DNA of 64,000 nucleotides from positions 192,001-256,000 of the forward strand of contig JBCBUK010000006.1 of the NCBI GenBank assembly GCA_039818205.1, given 5' to 3'. The translations under genes were made by a program, and so were the position numbers. Of this stretch, positions 40,747-49,892 are shown piece after piece. Numbering within the stretch: the stretch's first letter is position 1; each line of letters begins with the position of its first letter. The notes beneath the pieces are model-generated. The model was not told the origin of the DNA, did no database searches, and saw only the letters and a list, made by a program, of their open reading frames with translations. This stretch comes from Verrucomicrobiota bacterium (lineage in GTDB: Bacteria; Verrucomicrobiota; Verrucomicrobiia; Opitutales; Cerasicoccaceae).

Positions 40747-43700
40747 GTCCGTATCGTCCACTGCGCTCGTCGATCGGTTAGCCCGAGATCGTTTCGCGAA
40801 TGAACTAGATCGGAGTTTCTCCGTCATCGCGGCAGCCGGGGTGGGGAAGACAACGGCGATTGTTCAGCGAGTGGTGAATCTGGCCCGGGCAGATCAAGGG
40901 CGCGACAATCCGGTTTTGCCTCGATTGGCCGTCGTGACCTACGGCCATGAGGCAGCCAATGAGATGCGTCGGCGAGCCGCGGATGCGTTGCACCAGGCGC
41001 AGGTTGGCCCGGAAGTTCTCGGACGCTTTCAACAAGCTTTTTTCGGAACTATCCATAGCTTCTGTCTGGAGCTGATGCGTAGCTATGGGCCCTTGGCCGG
41101 CCTTTCGCCTCGCTTCGAGCCCGTTCGCAACGAGGAGGATCTTTGGCGGGCATTCTTGCGGGGAAGCGACACGGTTTTACATGCGCTCCCCGAGAGCTCT
41201 CGATCTGGCTTTGAGCGCTTGGCCTCATTTCCAAAGGCCTTGAGCTTAGCGCGTGAGTTCGGTGCGCGGATTCCCGAGGTCCCCGATCCCGGACCCGTCC
41301 CAGCGGTTGATTTCTCGCCAATCCGAAACTTCGAACCCGCCAAGAGAAAGCCATCGGCGGCCACTCAAAAGTCGATCGATGAAGGGCAACGCCTTGCGCA
41401 GCAGTGGATCGAGGCCTTTAACGACCCGAGTCTGCCCCCTTGTCCGCCACCGGACTATGCGAAGGGAGGGAAAGAATTTCAGGAAGTTTGGCAAGCCGCC
41501 TGGCATCCACTCAAAGTCTGGCTTGGTGACGCCACCTTATTCCTCGCCGCTAATCTTGCCCGAGAGTTTCGAGCCTTCCGCATCGAGCGAAATCAGATTG
41601 CTTTTGACGACATGATCGCGCTCGCGGCTGAGTTGTTGGATCACCCCTCGGCTGGTCCCGCAATCCGGGCTCAGGAACGGCTGGTCATTCTCGACGAAGC
41701 CCAAGACACCGACCATCTCCAGTTCCAGGTGCTTCTTAACGTGGCGGGTGCGGAATGGGGGAAAGGCTCATCAATGGCCCAAGTATCTGGCCCGCCGCCC
41801 GGACGCTTTTGTATGGTAGGCGATCCGCAACAGGCGATTTACAGTAGCCGGGCAGACCTCGCCACTTATCGCATGGTCCATCGGCAGCTCATCCAAAGCC
41901 GGTCGATCGACGAGCTTTCGTTCACGGTCACCATGCGCTGTGATCACCAGATCGTGAACTGTGTGAATCAGTTTTTCCCCAACATCCTAAGGTTGGCGGA
42001 TGAGACCGATGGCCAAGCGCGCTTCGCCCCCTTAAATGCCCGACCCTGGGCTGGTCCAGGAAATGTTGAGCGGGTAATCCTGCCGCCTGATTCCCGGCTG
42101 CCCGAAAAACCGAAGGTGGAAGAGAGTCAGCTCGCGGAGGTTCGGGCCTTGGCTCAATGGTTCCAATCGATTAGCCCGAACGATTTGGGAGTGGGCGATT
42201 GGCACGAGGTGTGTTTGTTGGCGAGTCGCAACGCGTGGTTGGGCTCGCTCGCGGAGGAACTGGAACGCGTGGGCTTGCCGGTTCAAGCTCATTCGCGGTC
42301 AAAAAAGCGCGGTGAGGATCCCGTTTGGGCTTGGACGACCGCGATAATACGCATCCTGGCGGAGCCTGAAGACGCTTTTGAGGTCGCAGGTTTCCTGCGC
42401 GAAGTATTTGTCATCTCCGACGATGCCATCGCCCGCTACATCAAACGCTATCGGAAAGCAGGAGCTGCGGAATCGCCTTTATCGTTGATTGCGGCCGTAA
42501 CCGAGCAATCAGAGATTGCCGATGCTCTGCGCTGTTTGAAGCGGCTTTATCAAGACACACGTGATCTACCGCTAGGCGATGCATTGGATCGGGTTTTTGA
42601 AGTGCTGGATATGCACCGTCGATGGCAGTCGATTCCCGAGATGGACGAATTGCGCCTGGTGCACACAATCGATCGGCTCCGCACCCAAGCCTTGATTGTG
42701 GAGGAGCAAGGTCTCACCATGGCCGACTGGTCGCGCCAACTCCTGTTCATGCTGGAGGAACCCGACGGAACCGATGAGCCCAAGCCGGGCTACATCCAGT
42801 TAATGACCTGTCACAAGGCCAAGGGCTTGCAGTGGCCCGTGGTCGTTGCACCGTTCCTCTATCGCGAGCTCGCGTTTCGGCAAGTGCGCTATCCGGTTTT
42901 TTATCCGGAGCAAGAAGATCGACCCGCACGGGTCGCATACGACAAGTTTTGCTTTCAAGACTTGGCCGCGCGCAAGAAGCAGAAAGACGACTACGAGCGG
43001 GAACGCCTGGCTTATGTGACGTGGACCCGGGCGCGGCAGCGCCTCATCTTGGTCGATGGTTCCGCCTACTATGCGCGAGTCGCTGAATCCAGTTGGGTCC
43101 ATACCTATCGAGCGGCTGATAACGGAGCCAACGCTCAAGCCTGGGTAAATATTCCTCTGTTTGAAGAGACAACCGAGATTTCTGAAATCGAGGCGACGGA
43201 TCTTGAAAGCTTGCCGGCGTCGTCCCCGTTTTTCCTATCGCCGGACGAAATCGTCGCACGAACCGAACCCGTCGCGGCCACCTTCACTCGACGCATCATC
43301 CCCAGCAGTTTAGCCGACCATTCTCGGCGGACTTCGAGCGATGAAACAGGCCATGAGCGCGATGAGCGCGAATGGGACGCCGAGCCGGGCTATCCTGAGG
43401 TGCGTCACAGCATGCCCACGAATTCTGGCGCCGAGTATGGCAACTGGTGGCATGAAACCATGCAGCATGCTCCCTGGGGGCAGGACGCGGATACGTGGGA
43501 AACATTTCTTCGGCAATCACTCGAGCATTCTCCGGATTCCGAGCGCGGTGACACAGAGCTTACCCGTTTGCGCCAAAGCAAGGGCTTTGGCCGGTTGAAT
43601 GAGCCATCAACCATTGTCCGAACCGAAGTACCGATTCTGTGGCCGGAGGGCGCCGTTGCCCCGAGCCAGGCTGAGTTGGATATCGACTCATATTCGGATT

Positions 43701-43957
43701 CCATTTCGCCGTTTGCCTATGATGGCTACATCGATTTGCTGGCCTTCAACGAAGAGCACCGGCGTTGGTTGGTGGTCGATTGGAAAACCGACCGCGTTGG
43801 AGCGGATCCGACGGCTGAGATGCTCGGTGCCTATGGTCAACAACTAGCAGCCTATGTAACCGCATTGAGTACGGCGTTTGGAGTGCGCTTTACCGGCTAC
43901 CTCTACAGCACACGTGCGGCTGAGTGGATACGGCTACCGGCCAAGAACGACGGCTGA
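40736..43957 (+). CDS. addA: AddA/RecB-like SF1A helicase-nuclease
   Basis: AAAGVGKTT, GTIHSF, LDEAQDT, VGDPQQAIY, MTCHKAKGLQWP, YVTWTRA. C-terminal PD-(D/E)xK nuclease GYIDLL..VVDWKTD..QQLAAY. Confidence 0.85.
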   Translation: MPPESVSSTALVDRLARDRFANELDRSFSVIAAAGVGKTTAIVQRVVNLARADQGRDNPVLPRLAVVTYGHEAANEMRRRAADALHQAQVGPEVLGRFQQAFFGTIHSFCLELMRSYGPLAGLSPRFEPVRNEEDLWRAFLRGSDTVLHALPESSRSGFERLASFPKALSLAREFGARIPEVPDPGPVPAVDFSPIRNFEPAKRKPSAATQKSIDEGQRLAQQWIEAFNDPSLPPCPPPDYAKGGKEFQEVWQAAWHPLKVWLGDATLFLAANLAREFRAFRIERNQIAFDDMIALAAELLDHPSAGPAIRAQERLVILDEAQDTDHLQFQVLLNVAGAEWGKGSSMAQVSGPPPGRFCMVGDPQQAIYSSRADLATYRMVHRQLIQSRSIDELSFTVTMRCDHQIVNCVNQFFPNILRLADETDGQARFAPLNARPWAGPGNVERVILPPDSRLPEKPKVEESQLAEVRALAQWFQSISPNDLGVGDWHEVCLLASRNAWLGSLAEELERVGLPVQAHSRSKKRGEDPVWAWTTAIIRILAEPEDAFEVAGFLREVFVISDDAIARYIKRYRKAGAAESPLSLIAAVTEQSEIADALRCLKRLYQDTRDLPLGDALDRVFEVLDMHRRWQSIPEMDELRLVHTIDRLRTQALIVEEQGLTMADWSRQLLFMLEEPDGTDEPKPGYIQLMTCHKAKGLQWPVVVAPFLYRELAFRQVRYPVFYPEQEDRPARVAYDKFCFQDLAARKKQKDDYERERLAYVTWTRARQRLILVDGSAYYARVAESSWVHTYRAADNGANAQAWVNIPLFEETTEISEIEATDLESLPASSPFFLSPDEIVARTEPVAATFTRRIIPSSLADHSRRTSSDETGHERDEREWDAEPGYPEVRHSMPTNSGAEYGNWWHETMQHAPWGQDADTWETFLRQSLEHSPDSERGDTELTRLRQSKGFGRLNEPSTIVRTEVPILWPEGAVAPSQAELDIDSYSDSISPFAYDGYIDLLAFNEEHRRWLVVDWKTDRVGADPTAEMLGAYGQQLAAYVTALSTAFGVRFTGYLYSTRAAEWIRLPAKNDG

Positions 43958-44014
43958 TCGATAAAAATCGGCGCTTGGCAGGCCTCGGGTTATTCCATTT
44001 GATCAGATATCGCT

Positions 44015-45586
44015 ATGAGGAGTATTTTTCTGTGCTGTGCCTTGGTTGTTTTGGCGTCCCTGTTAGGCTGTAAAGGTAAGGAGCAAGCGAAGGCGGTTCC
44101 GGATACCTTTGTCTTTGCCCGCGGAAGCGATGCCCAGAAATTGGACCCGGCGGATGTTGACGATGGTGAGTCGGTCAACACATTGGCGCAAATCTGTGAA
44201 GGCCTCGTGCGATTTAAACCGGGAACGCTCGAGGTCGAACCCTGGCTGGCTGAGACCTTTTTCATGTCGGCCGACGGATTGACGTATACGTTCAAGATTC
44301 GCAAGGGCATTACCTTTCATGATGGCACGCCACTTGATGCCGAAGCCGCCGCATTCTCGTTTGAACGGCAGATTGACGAAGCTCATCCGGCACACTTGCC
44401 GACGGCCAGTTTCCAATATTGGAACTTCCTGTATTCCGAGGTTAAGTCCGTCGAGGTCGTTGATGAGATGACGCTGAAGCTCCACTTGAGTCAGCCAAAC
44501 GCGACTTTGCTTTATTCCTTGGCCATCTTCCCCGCGTGGCTCATCAGCCCCAATACGCCTCCGGCCGAGATTCCGATGCGTCCGGTTGGGACTGGCCCTT
44601 ACCAGTTCGTCGAGTGGGCACCGGACCAGGCGGTCGTCCTCGAGCGCAACGAAAACTATTGGGCCTACCGACCATTTTATCCTCGAATCATCATCAGCAC
44701 CGTTCCCGACAATACCGTCCGCGTACTCATGCTGAAATCGGGCTCTGTGGATGCAATCGATGGCGTGCAGCCAGCCGAAGCAATCGCATACGCCGAGAAC
44801 CCCGCATTTACTTTGCACCGGGCACCAAGTATGAATGTTGGCTATCTCGCGATCCAATCTGGGGTCGAGCGCCTGCGTGATCCGGAGATTCGCCGCGCGT
44901 TAGCCATGGCCATTAACCGTCAGGCAATCGCCGATCTCGCCTTGGATGGTGCGGCTCTTCCGGCGAGTTATCCAATCCCACCGGGTTTCCTTGGCGAGCC
45001 CAAGTCACAGGCCGAGCCAGTGCCCTTCGATCCAGAGGCCGCGAAGAAATTACTCGAAGCGCATCTGGACCTTTTTGATGTGCCGATCGTGATTAGCACT
45101 TTTGATGCCCCGCGCGTTTATTTCCCAGATCCCCAACGGGTCGCTTCTTTGATTCGCAATGATTGGGAAGAGATTGGGCTAACGGTCGAGATCGAAACCC
45201 GAGACTTCAAGAGCCACCTGCAAACGCTGCGCAATGGGGACTTTGAGGTGGGGCTTATCGGCTGGTATGGCGACAATGGAGACACCGACAATTTCCTTTC
45301 GACGTTCTTCCATAGCCGCGCGGCTGTTCCCGGAAGTGCGACCAACTTCTCATTCTACAAGGATCCTGCCATGGATGCCGCGCTCGACGCGGCTCGGCGG
45401 GTGGAAGATCCCGAGACGCGGGAGAAGTTCTACAATCAGGCGCTTAAACTCTGGGAGCGCGACTTGCCGATCATCCCACTCGTCCACGCCGAGCAGTTGG
45501 TGCTCACCAAATCGCAGATCAAGGGATTCCAGTTGTCACCGACTGGGACGCTCTTTTGGGGGCCGGTGTCCTGGCAAAATGAATAA
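44015..45586 (+). CDS. DppA/OppA-like (family 5) ABC solute-binding lipoprotein
   Basis: Lipobox LLGC, LDPA, EGLVRF, FHDGTPL, PVGTGPY, RRALAMAINR. No permease genes adjacent. Confidence 0.9.
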   Translation: MRSIFLCCALVVLASLLGCKGKEQAKAVPDTFVFARGSDAQKLDPADVDDGESVNTLAQICEGLVRFKPGTLEVEPWLAETFFMSADGLTYTFKIRKGITFHDGTPLDAEAAAFSFERQIDEAHPAHLPTASFQYWNFLYSEVKSVEVVDEMTLKLHLSQPNATLLYSLAIFPAWLISPNTPPAEIPMRPVGTGPYQFVEWAPDQAVVLERNENYWAYRPFYPRIIISTVPDNTVRVLMLKSGSVDAIDGVQPAEAIAYAENPAFTLHRAPSMNVGYLAIQSGVERLRDPEIRRALAMAINRQAIADLALDGAALPASYPIPPGFLGEPKSQAEPVPFDPEAAKKLLEAHLDLFDVPIVISTFDAPRVYFPDPQRVASLIRNDWEEIGLTVEIETRDFKSHLQTLRNGDFEVGLIGWYGDNGDTDNFLSTFFHSRAAVPGSATNFSFYKDPAMDAALDAARRVEDPETREKFYNQALKLWERDLPIIPLVHAEQLVLTKSQIKGFQLSPTGTLFWGPVSWQNE

Positions 45587-45693
45587 GGGTCGCTTATCAA
45601 TAGGCGGACCATTCGCTCTACTTTATCACGATTTGGCGTCGCATGGATAAGCAAGCTTGATCCCGGGCGGGGGAATCGCAAAGCTCTGCGCCC

Positions 45694-47076
45694 ATGCGCA
45701 TAGAAAAAGATTCCATGGGAACGATGGAGGTCGCCGACGAGGCCCTCTACGGTGCATCAACTCAACGCGCGGTGCTGAATTTTCCGATCAGCGGGCGAGT
45801 CATGCCGGAGGGTTTCATCCGCGGTTTGGGCATCGTCAAGGCGGCATGTGCCACCGCAAACGAAGAGCTTGGCCGCCTTTCCAAGGAAAAAGCGGACTAC
45901 ATTCGCCAAGCCTGTGCGGAAGTTGAGGCGGGTAAGCTCTCGGAGCACTTCCCGGTTGATGTGTTCCAGACCGGTAGCGGTACTTCCTCCAACATGAATT
46001 TGAATGAAGTCGTGGCTAATCGCGCGGCTCAGATGGCCGGTAAGCCAATTGGCGGAAAGGAACCGATTCACCCGAATGACGACGTCAATCTGGGCCAATC
46101 ATCCAACGATATCGTGCCGACCGTTTTGCACGTTTCGTTGGCCGTCGCGCTCAAAGAGAATTTGGTTCCCTCGCTAAAGCACTTGCACGATGCGCTTGAT
46201 GCCAAAGCCAAGGAATTTGATAGCGTGATCAAGATTGGACGCACCCACCTAATGGATGCCACCCCATTGTCCTTGGGACAAGAATTCTCCGGCTACGCCC
46301 ACCAGCTGGCGAAGTCGGTTGTTCGCGCCGAAGAAGCCGTCGATCGATTGGAGGAGCTCGCCATTGGTGGAACGGCCGTGGGAACGGGTATCAATTGTCA
46401 CCCAGAGTTCTCCGGCAAAGTGTGCCGCATCCTCGCTGACAAGACGGGCATCCCGTTTCGCGAAGCAGAGAATCATTTTGAAGCCCAGGCAGGTCGCGAT
46501 GACTGCGTTGAAGTCGCTGGCTTGTTGACCACTATTGCAGCCAGCTTAACGAAGGTCGCCAACGACATCCGCCTGCTCGGCAGTGGCCCGCGCTCGGGAT
46601 TGGGTGAAATTAGCCTGCCGTCGACGCAGCCCGGTTCCTCCATCATGCCCGGCAAAGTAAACCCAGTGATGAGTGAAATGTTGGTGCAGGTGGCACTTTA
46701 CGTTATGGGCCTCTCAAATACCGTTTCAATGGCAGGGCGAGACGGGCACTTTGAGCTCAACGTGACGATCCCGCTGATGGCGCATTGCCTCCACGAGAGC
46801 GTGACCTGCCTCAGCAACGGTGCCCGCACCTTCGCGGATCGCTGCGTCGCTGGAATCACGGCCAACGAAAAAGCCTGCGCTGACCTCGTTAACCGCAGCT
46901 TGATGCTCGTTACCGCGCTCAACCCGTATATCGGATACGATAACGCTGCCCGCGTGGCGAAGCGTGCCTTCCAAGAAAACAAAACCCTCAAGGAAGTTCT
47001 CCTCGACGAGGCCTTGATGGATGAAGCCAAGATCGACGAAGCCCTCGATCCGTCCAAAATGATCCACCCCGGCTAG
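45694..47076 (+). CDS. fumC: Class II fumarate hydratase
   Basis: RIEKDSMG, QTGSGTSSNMN, HPNDDVN, KIGRTHLMDATP, GSSIMPGKVNP. Confidence 0.95.
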   Translation: MRIEKDSMGTMEVADEALYGASTQRAVLNFPISGRVMPEGFIRGLGIVKAACATANEELGRLSKEKADYIRQACAEVEAGKLSEHFPVDVFQTGSGTSSNMNLNEVVANRAAQMAGKPIGGKEPIHPNDDVNLGQSSNDIVPTVLHVSLAVALKENLVPSLKHLHDALDAKAKEFDSVIKIGRTHLMDATPLSLGQEFSGYAHQLAKSVVRAEEAVDRLEELAIGGTAVGTGINCHPEFSGKVCRILADKTGIPFREAENHFEAQAGRDDCVEVAGLLTTIAASLTKVANDIRLLGSGPRSGLGEISLPSTQPGSSIMPGKVNPVMSEMLVQVALYVMGLSNTVSMAGRDGHFELNVTIPLMAHCLHESVTCLSNGARTFADRCVAGITANEKACADLVNRSLMLVTALNPYIGYDNAARVAKRAFQENKTLKEVLLDEALMDEAKIDEALDPSKMIHPG

Positions 47077-47099
47077 GCAACGTGCCGTTGCATCCATTG

Positions 47100-47139
47100 C
47101 CAACCTCCGGTTGGATCGGAGGATGCGCCAATGGCGCAT
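47100..47139 (+). repeat. Left copy of a 40-bp double-hairpin (REP-like) inverted repeat
   Basis: CCAACCTCCGGTTGGATCGGAGGATGCGCCAATGGCGCAT matches the reverse complement of 47621-47660 at 32 of 40 positions. Confidence 0.85.
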
Positions 47140-47169
47140 AACATCGGAGTGAGTATTTCTACGAACTGC

Positions 47170-47201
47170 AAAATGACCGACTTGTTGAGTCGGTCATTTT
47201 T
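47170..47201. terminator. Bidirectional intrinsic terminator between fumC and the small peptidase gene
   Basis: AAAATGACCGACT(tgttg)AGTCGGTCATTTT, 13-bp perfect stem with A/T runs at both ends. Confidence 0.85.
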
Positions 47202-47272
47202 ATTGTCGAGCGGGTGTTCTGTGATGTGTTTTGTATCACGGTTGCCGATGTGCATCACGATGATTCAGGTGG

Positions 47273-47575
47273 CTATTTTTCGACTCTCACGCATTTCCCA
47301 TAGATCGAATTCGCAGTAATCCAGCCGTTGATGCGACCTCGGTTGTTGCCGATTTGAAAGCGTTTGCCTTGGATTGCTTTGATCAGGTGTATGTACTGAA
47401 AGCCATTAACTTTGCACAAAACGATATCACCAACTTCCAAGTCATCATCTCTTATCGGAATGACTGTGCATAGTTGCCCGGACTCGATCTTGCCGACCAT
47501 CGAATTCCCTCGCGGTCGGAACTGAACGGTCTTTCCTTCCTTCAGTTTTGCGATGTATGGAGTGGCCCAGCCCAT
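47273..47575 (-). CDS. Small stand-alone S24/S26 family peptidase-like protein
   Basis: RGNSM (nucleophile Ser motif), VGDIVLCKV, and YIHLIK at the general-base position. 100 aa, no HTH or TM segment. Confidence 0.65.
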   Translation of the reverse strand: MGWATPYIAKLKEGKTVQFRPRGNSMVGKIESGQLCTVIPIRDDDLEVGDIVLCKVNGFQYIHLIKAIQGKRFQIGNNRGRINGWITANSIYGKCVRVEK

Positions 47576-47620
47576 GGTTAGAATCTCTTGTCTAAGTTTG
47601 CTGGCTCCAATCAGTCCTCC

Positions 47621-47660
47621 TTACGCCATTGGCGTATCACTGGACCCAACCGGAGGTTGG
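47621..47660 (-). repeat. Right copy of the 40-bp double-hairpin (REP-like) inverted repeat
   Basis: Reverse complement reads CCAACCTCCGGTTGGGTCCAGTGATACGCCAATGGCGTAA. Confidence 0.85.
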
Positions 47661-47680
47661 TCTGGGTTAAGTGGCGCGCT

Positions 47681-48025
47681 TCAGCCGGGGGGCCATTGGA
47701 GGGAGCGTCCGGCGAGCACGTGTATGTGCAGGTGTGGCACGGCTTCGCCACCGTCGGGTCCATTGTTGATCACGAGGCGAAAACCATTCTCCTTGCCAAA
47801 CTGGTTTCCCATTTTGCGGGCAACAATCATGAGGTGGCCGAGTAGCGCAGAATCCTCATCGCCCGCCTCACCAATGCGCAGGATCAACTTCTTGGGGACC
47901 ACGAGCAGGTGGGTTGGCGCTTGCGGGGAAATATCGCGAAATGCGATACATTGCTCATCCTCGTGTTCAACGGTCGCTGGGATCTCGCTATCGATTATTT
48001 TTTGAAAGATGGTTTTCTCAGACAT
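47681..48025 (-). CDS. Histidine triad nucleotide-binding protein (HINT)
   Basis: TIFQKII, AFRDISPQAPTH, HLHIH. Start set to ATG 48025. Confidence 0.93.
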   Translation of the reverse strand: MSEKTIFQKIIDSEIPATVEHEDEQCIAFRDISPQAPTHLLVVPKKLILRIGEAGDEDSALLGHLMIVARKMGNQFGKENGFRLVINNGPDGGEAVPHLHIHVLAGRSLQWPPG

Positions 48026-48094
48026 AGCAAACAATTGGCGTTCTAATAAGAGTATCAATCACCGGCTGTTCGCCAAGCATGAAGCCGATCGCGG

Positions 48095-48574
48095 CTACAC
48101 GTAGACCAAGCGCAGTCTCGTTTTGCGCGAGGAGTATTTGGCGGCTAATTGCTCGATGAAATCTTGGGTGTGATTGTAGGTGAGCTGACGCTTGCTGGTA
48201 AAGTAGCGGCCGGGTGGGCACACACTGCGACGCAGGCCCGTAATCAAGATGATGGCCTCGGCGCAGCCAGCGACTGTTCGGAGTGCCGTCATCACCGCTG
48301 GTCGCAGAAACAAAGGATCATCATCGGCACCGCTCAGGTCGCAGTGAGCAAAGCCGGTGCTTCGTTTGCCTTGGAGGTGCAGCTTCAGCAGTTGCTCCAC
48401 GGCACTGTTGAGCTCGTTGAAATCGGGATTACCGGTCCGCTGCGCAAAGGTGACTGCTGACTCAATGTGCAACGCCAAATCCGGATCGCTCTCGGTCGCC
48501 AGATGCAACAGGCGATTGAGGGCGGATAGATCGATGGTGGGTTTTGCGAGGCGAGTAGAGCTGGTTTGAGTCAT
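48095..48574 (-). CDS. Hypothetical protein
   Basis: 159-aa ATG-started ORF filling the gap between nrdR and HIT on the same strand. No family recognised. Confidence 0.7.
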   Translation of the reverse strand: MTQTSSTRLAKPTIDLSALNRLLHLATESDPDLALHIESAVTFAQRTGNPDFNELNSAVEQLLKLHLQGKRSTGFAHCDLSGADDDPLFLRPAVMTALRTVAGCAEAIILITGLRRSVCPPGRYFTSKRQLTYNHTQDFIEQLAAKYSSRKTRLRLVYV

Positions 48575-48625
48575 GGTTGGCGGGAGCAGGATTTCATTTC
48601 CTGCGCGGCGCGAAAAGATCGATGG

Positions 48626-49084
48626 CTAGTGGGCTGGGACTTTCAGCTCACTGATTTCTTTCGCGAGTTCTTCTATGTCGCGGAAGTCCTTATAGACGCT
48701 GGCAAACCGCACGTAGGCAATTTGGTCAATTTCTTTGAGTCGATTCATGATCTGAGCGCCGATTTCTTGGCTGGGAATTTCACTGTCAAACGCTCGTTCG
48801 AGTTCATCAACAATCTCGACGAGCATCATTTCAATTTGCTCCGCTTGGATCGGGCGCTTCTCTGCAGCACGGCGAATGCCAGCGAGCATTTTTTCTCGAT
48901 CAAACTCTTCACGGGCTCCATTGCGTTTGATGACCACCAGGCCTTCGCGCAAAATTTCTTCAATCGTCGTGAACCGATATCCGCAGCCCAGGCATTGGCG
49001 ACGACGGCGGATAGACAGGTTGTTTTTTCCCAGTCGGGTATCCAACACCTTCGTGTCGGAGTGACTGCATTTTGGGCACTGCAT
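48626..49084 (-). CDS. nrdR: Transcriptional repressor NrdR
   Basis: [28 protein letters not shown] zinc ribbon, ATP cone, AYVRFASVY. Confidence 0.97.
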   Translation of the reverse strand: MQCPKCSHSDTKVLDTRLGKNNLSIRRRRQCLGCGYRFTTIEEILREGLVVIKRNGAREEFDREKMLAGIRRAAEKRPIQAEQIEMMLVEIVDELERAFDSEIPSQEIGAQIMNRLKEIDQIAYVRFASVYKDFRDIEELAKEISELKVPAH

Positions 49085-49114
49085 ATTTTAGGACTCAGGT
49101 TGGCTGCTGCGCGA

Positions 49115-49708
49115 TTAGTTCGCCGACAGCTTCAAAAAGTTCTCCAGGAGCTTCATCCCATTGTCCGTCGCGTAGGACTCTGGATGAAACTGCACGCCGT
49201 AGATTGGTAATTCTTTGTGGCGCATTCCCATAATTTCGTCTGCGGCTCCCGGATAATCGGGATCGTCGACCCAAGCGGTGATTTCCAGGCAGTCGGGCAG
49301 CGAGGATCGCTCCACGAGCAGTGAGTGGTAGCGTGTCGCCGCGAAGTCCTGCGGCAGGCCAGCAAAGACGTCGCAGCCGCGATGCTTTACCGGTGAGGTC
49401 TTGCCGTGCATCAATCGATCAGCGCGAATCACATTGCCACCGAAGTAGTGGCCAATGCATTGGTGGCCGAGGCAAACGCCCAGTAGCGGGACCTTCCCGG
49501 CAAAGGCTTCGATCATCGCGGTGGATACGCCAGCTTCATTGGGCGAGCAGGGCCCTGGGGAGATCAATACACGCTCGGGATTCAGTGCGATAGCCTCCTC
49601 CGGTGTGATCTCATCGTTCCGAAATACGCGCTGCTCCACGCCAAGCTGACCAAAATATTGGACCAGATTGTAGGTAAAGGAGTCGAAGTTGTCGATGACT
49701 AGGAGCAT
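49115..49708 (-). CDS. trpG: Anthranilate/aminodeoxychorismate synthase component II
   Basis: [37 protein letters not shown]. TrpG and PabA cannot be distinguished from sequence alone. Confidence 0.93.
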   Translation of the reverse strand: MLLVIDNFDSFTYNLVQYFGQLGVEQRVFRNDEITPEEAIALNPERVLISPGPCSPNEAGVSTAMIEAFAGKVPLLGVCLGHQCIGHYFGGNVIRADRLMHGKTSPVKHRGCDVFAGLPQDFAATRYHSLLVERSSLPDCLEITAWVDDPDYPGAADEIMGMRHKELPIYGVQFHPESYATDNGMKLLENFLKLSAN

Positions 49709-49734
49709 TTTTTGAATCGGCTAGTATGTTTTCG

Positions 49735-49780
49735 GCACCACAAATAGTCAATCTCTGACTTGCCCTACTAAATGTGGGGT
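49735..49780. promoter_or_regulatory. Tandem NrdR-box-like sites
   Basis: gcaCcAcAaaTaGtca (49735-49750) and ctaCtAaATgTgGggt (49765-49780) resemble consensus acaCwAtATaTwGtgt and lie 30 bp apart. Confidence 0.55.
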
Positions 49781-49892
49781 TTTTCTGCCAATAGTTTGGT
49801 ATCTGTGTGTTGATTTTGGGCAGGCCGACTCGGACTGCAGATCGCGAAATTCAGTCTTCTCACGGAAGAGATCCGTGTCTTTTCTCTGTGGG

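Noticed and set aside
47100..47660. Repeat pair as a CRISPR array or an autonomous IS
   Set aside because: Only two copies, inverted, with no spacers, cas genes, transposase or target-site duplication.
48566..49210. 214-aa plus-strand ORF
   Set aside because: Antisense to the well-supported nrdR and trpG.
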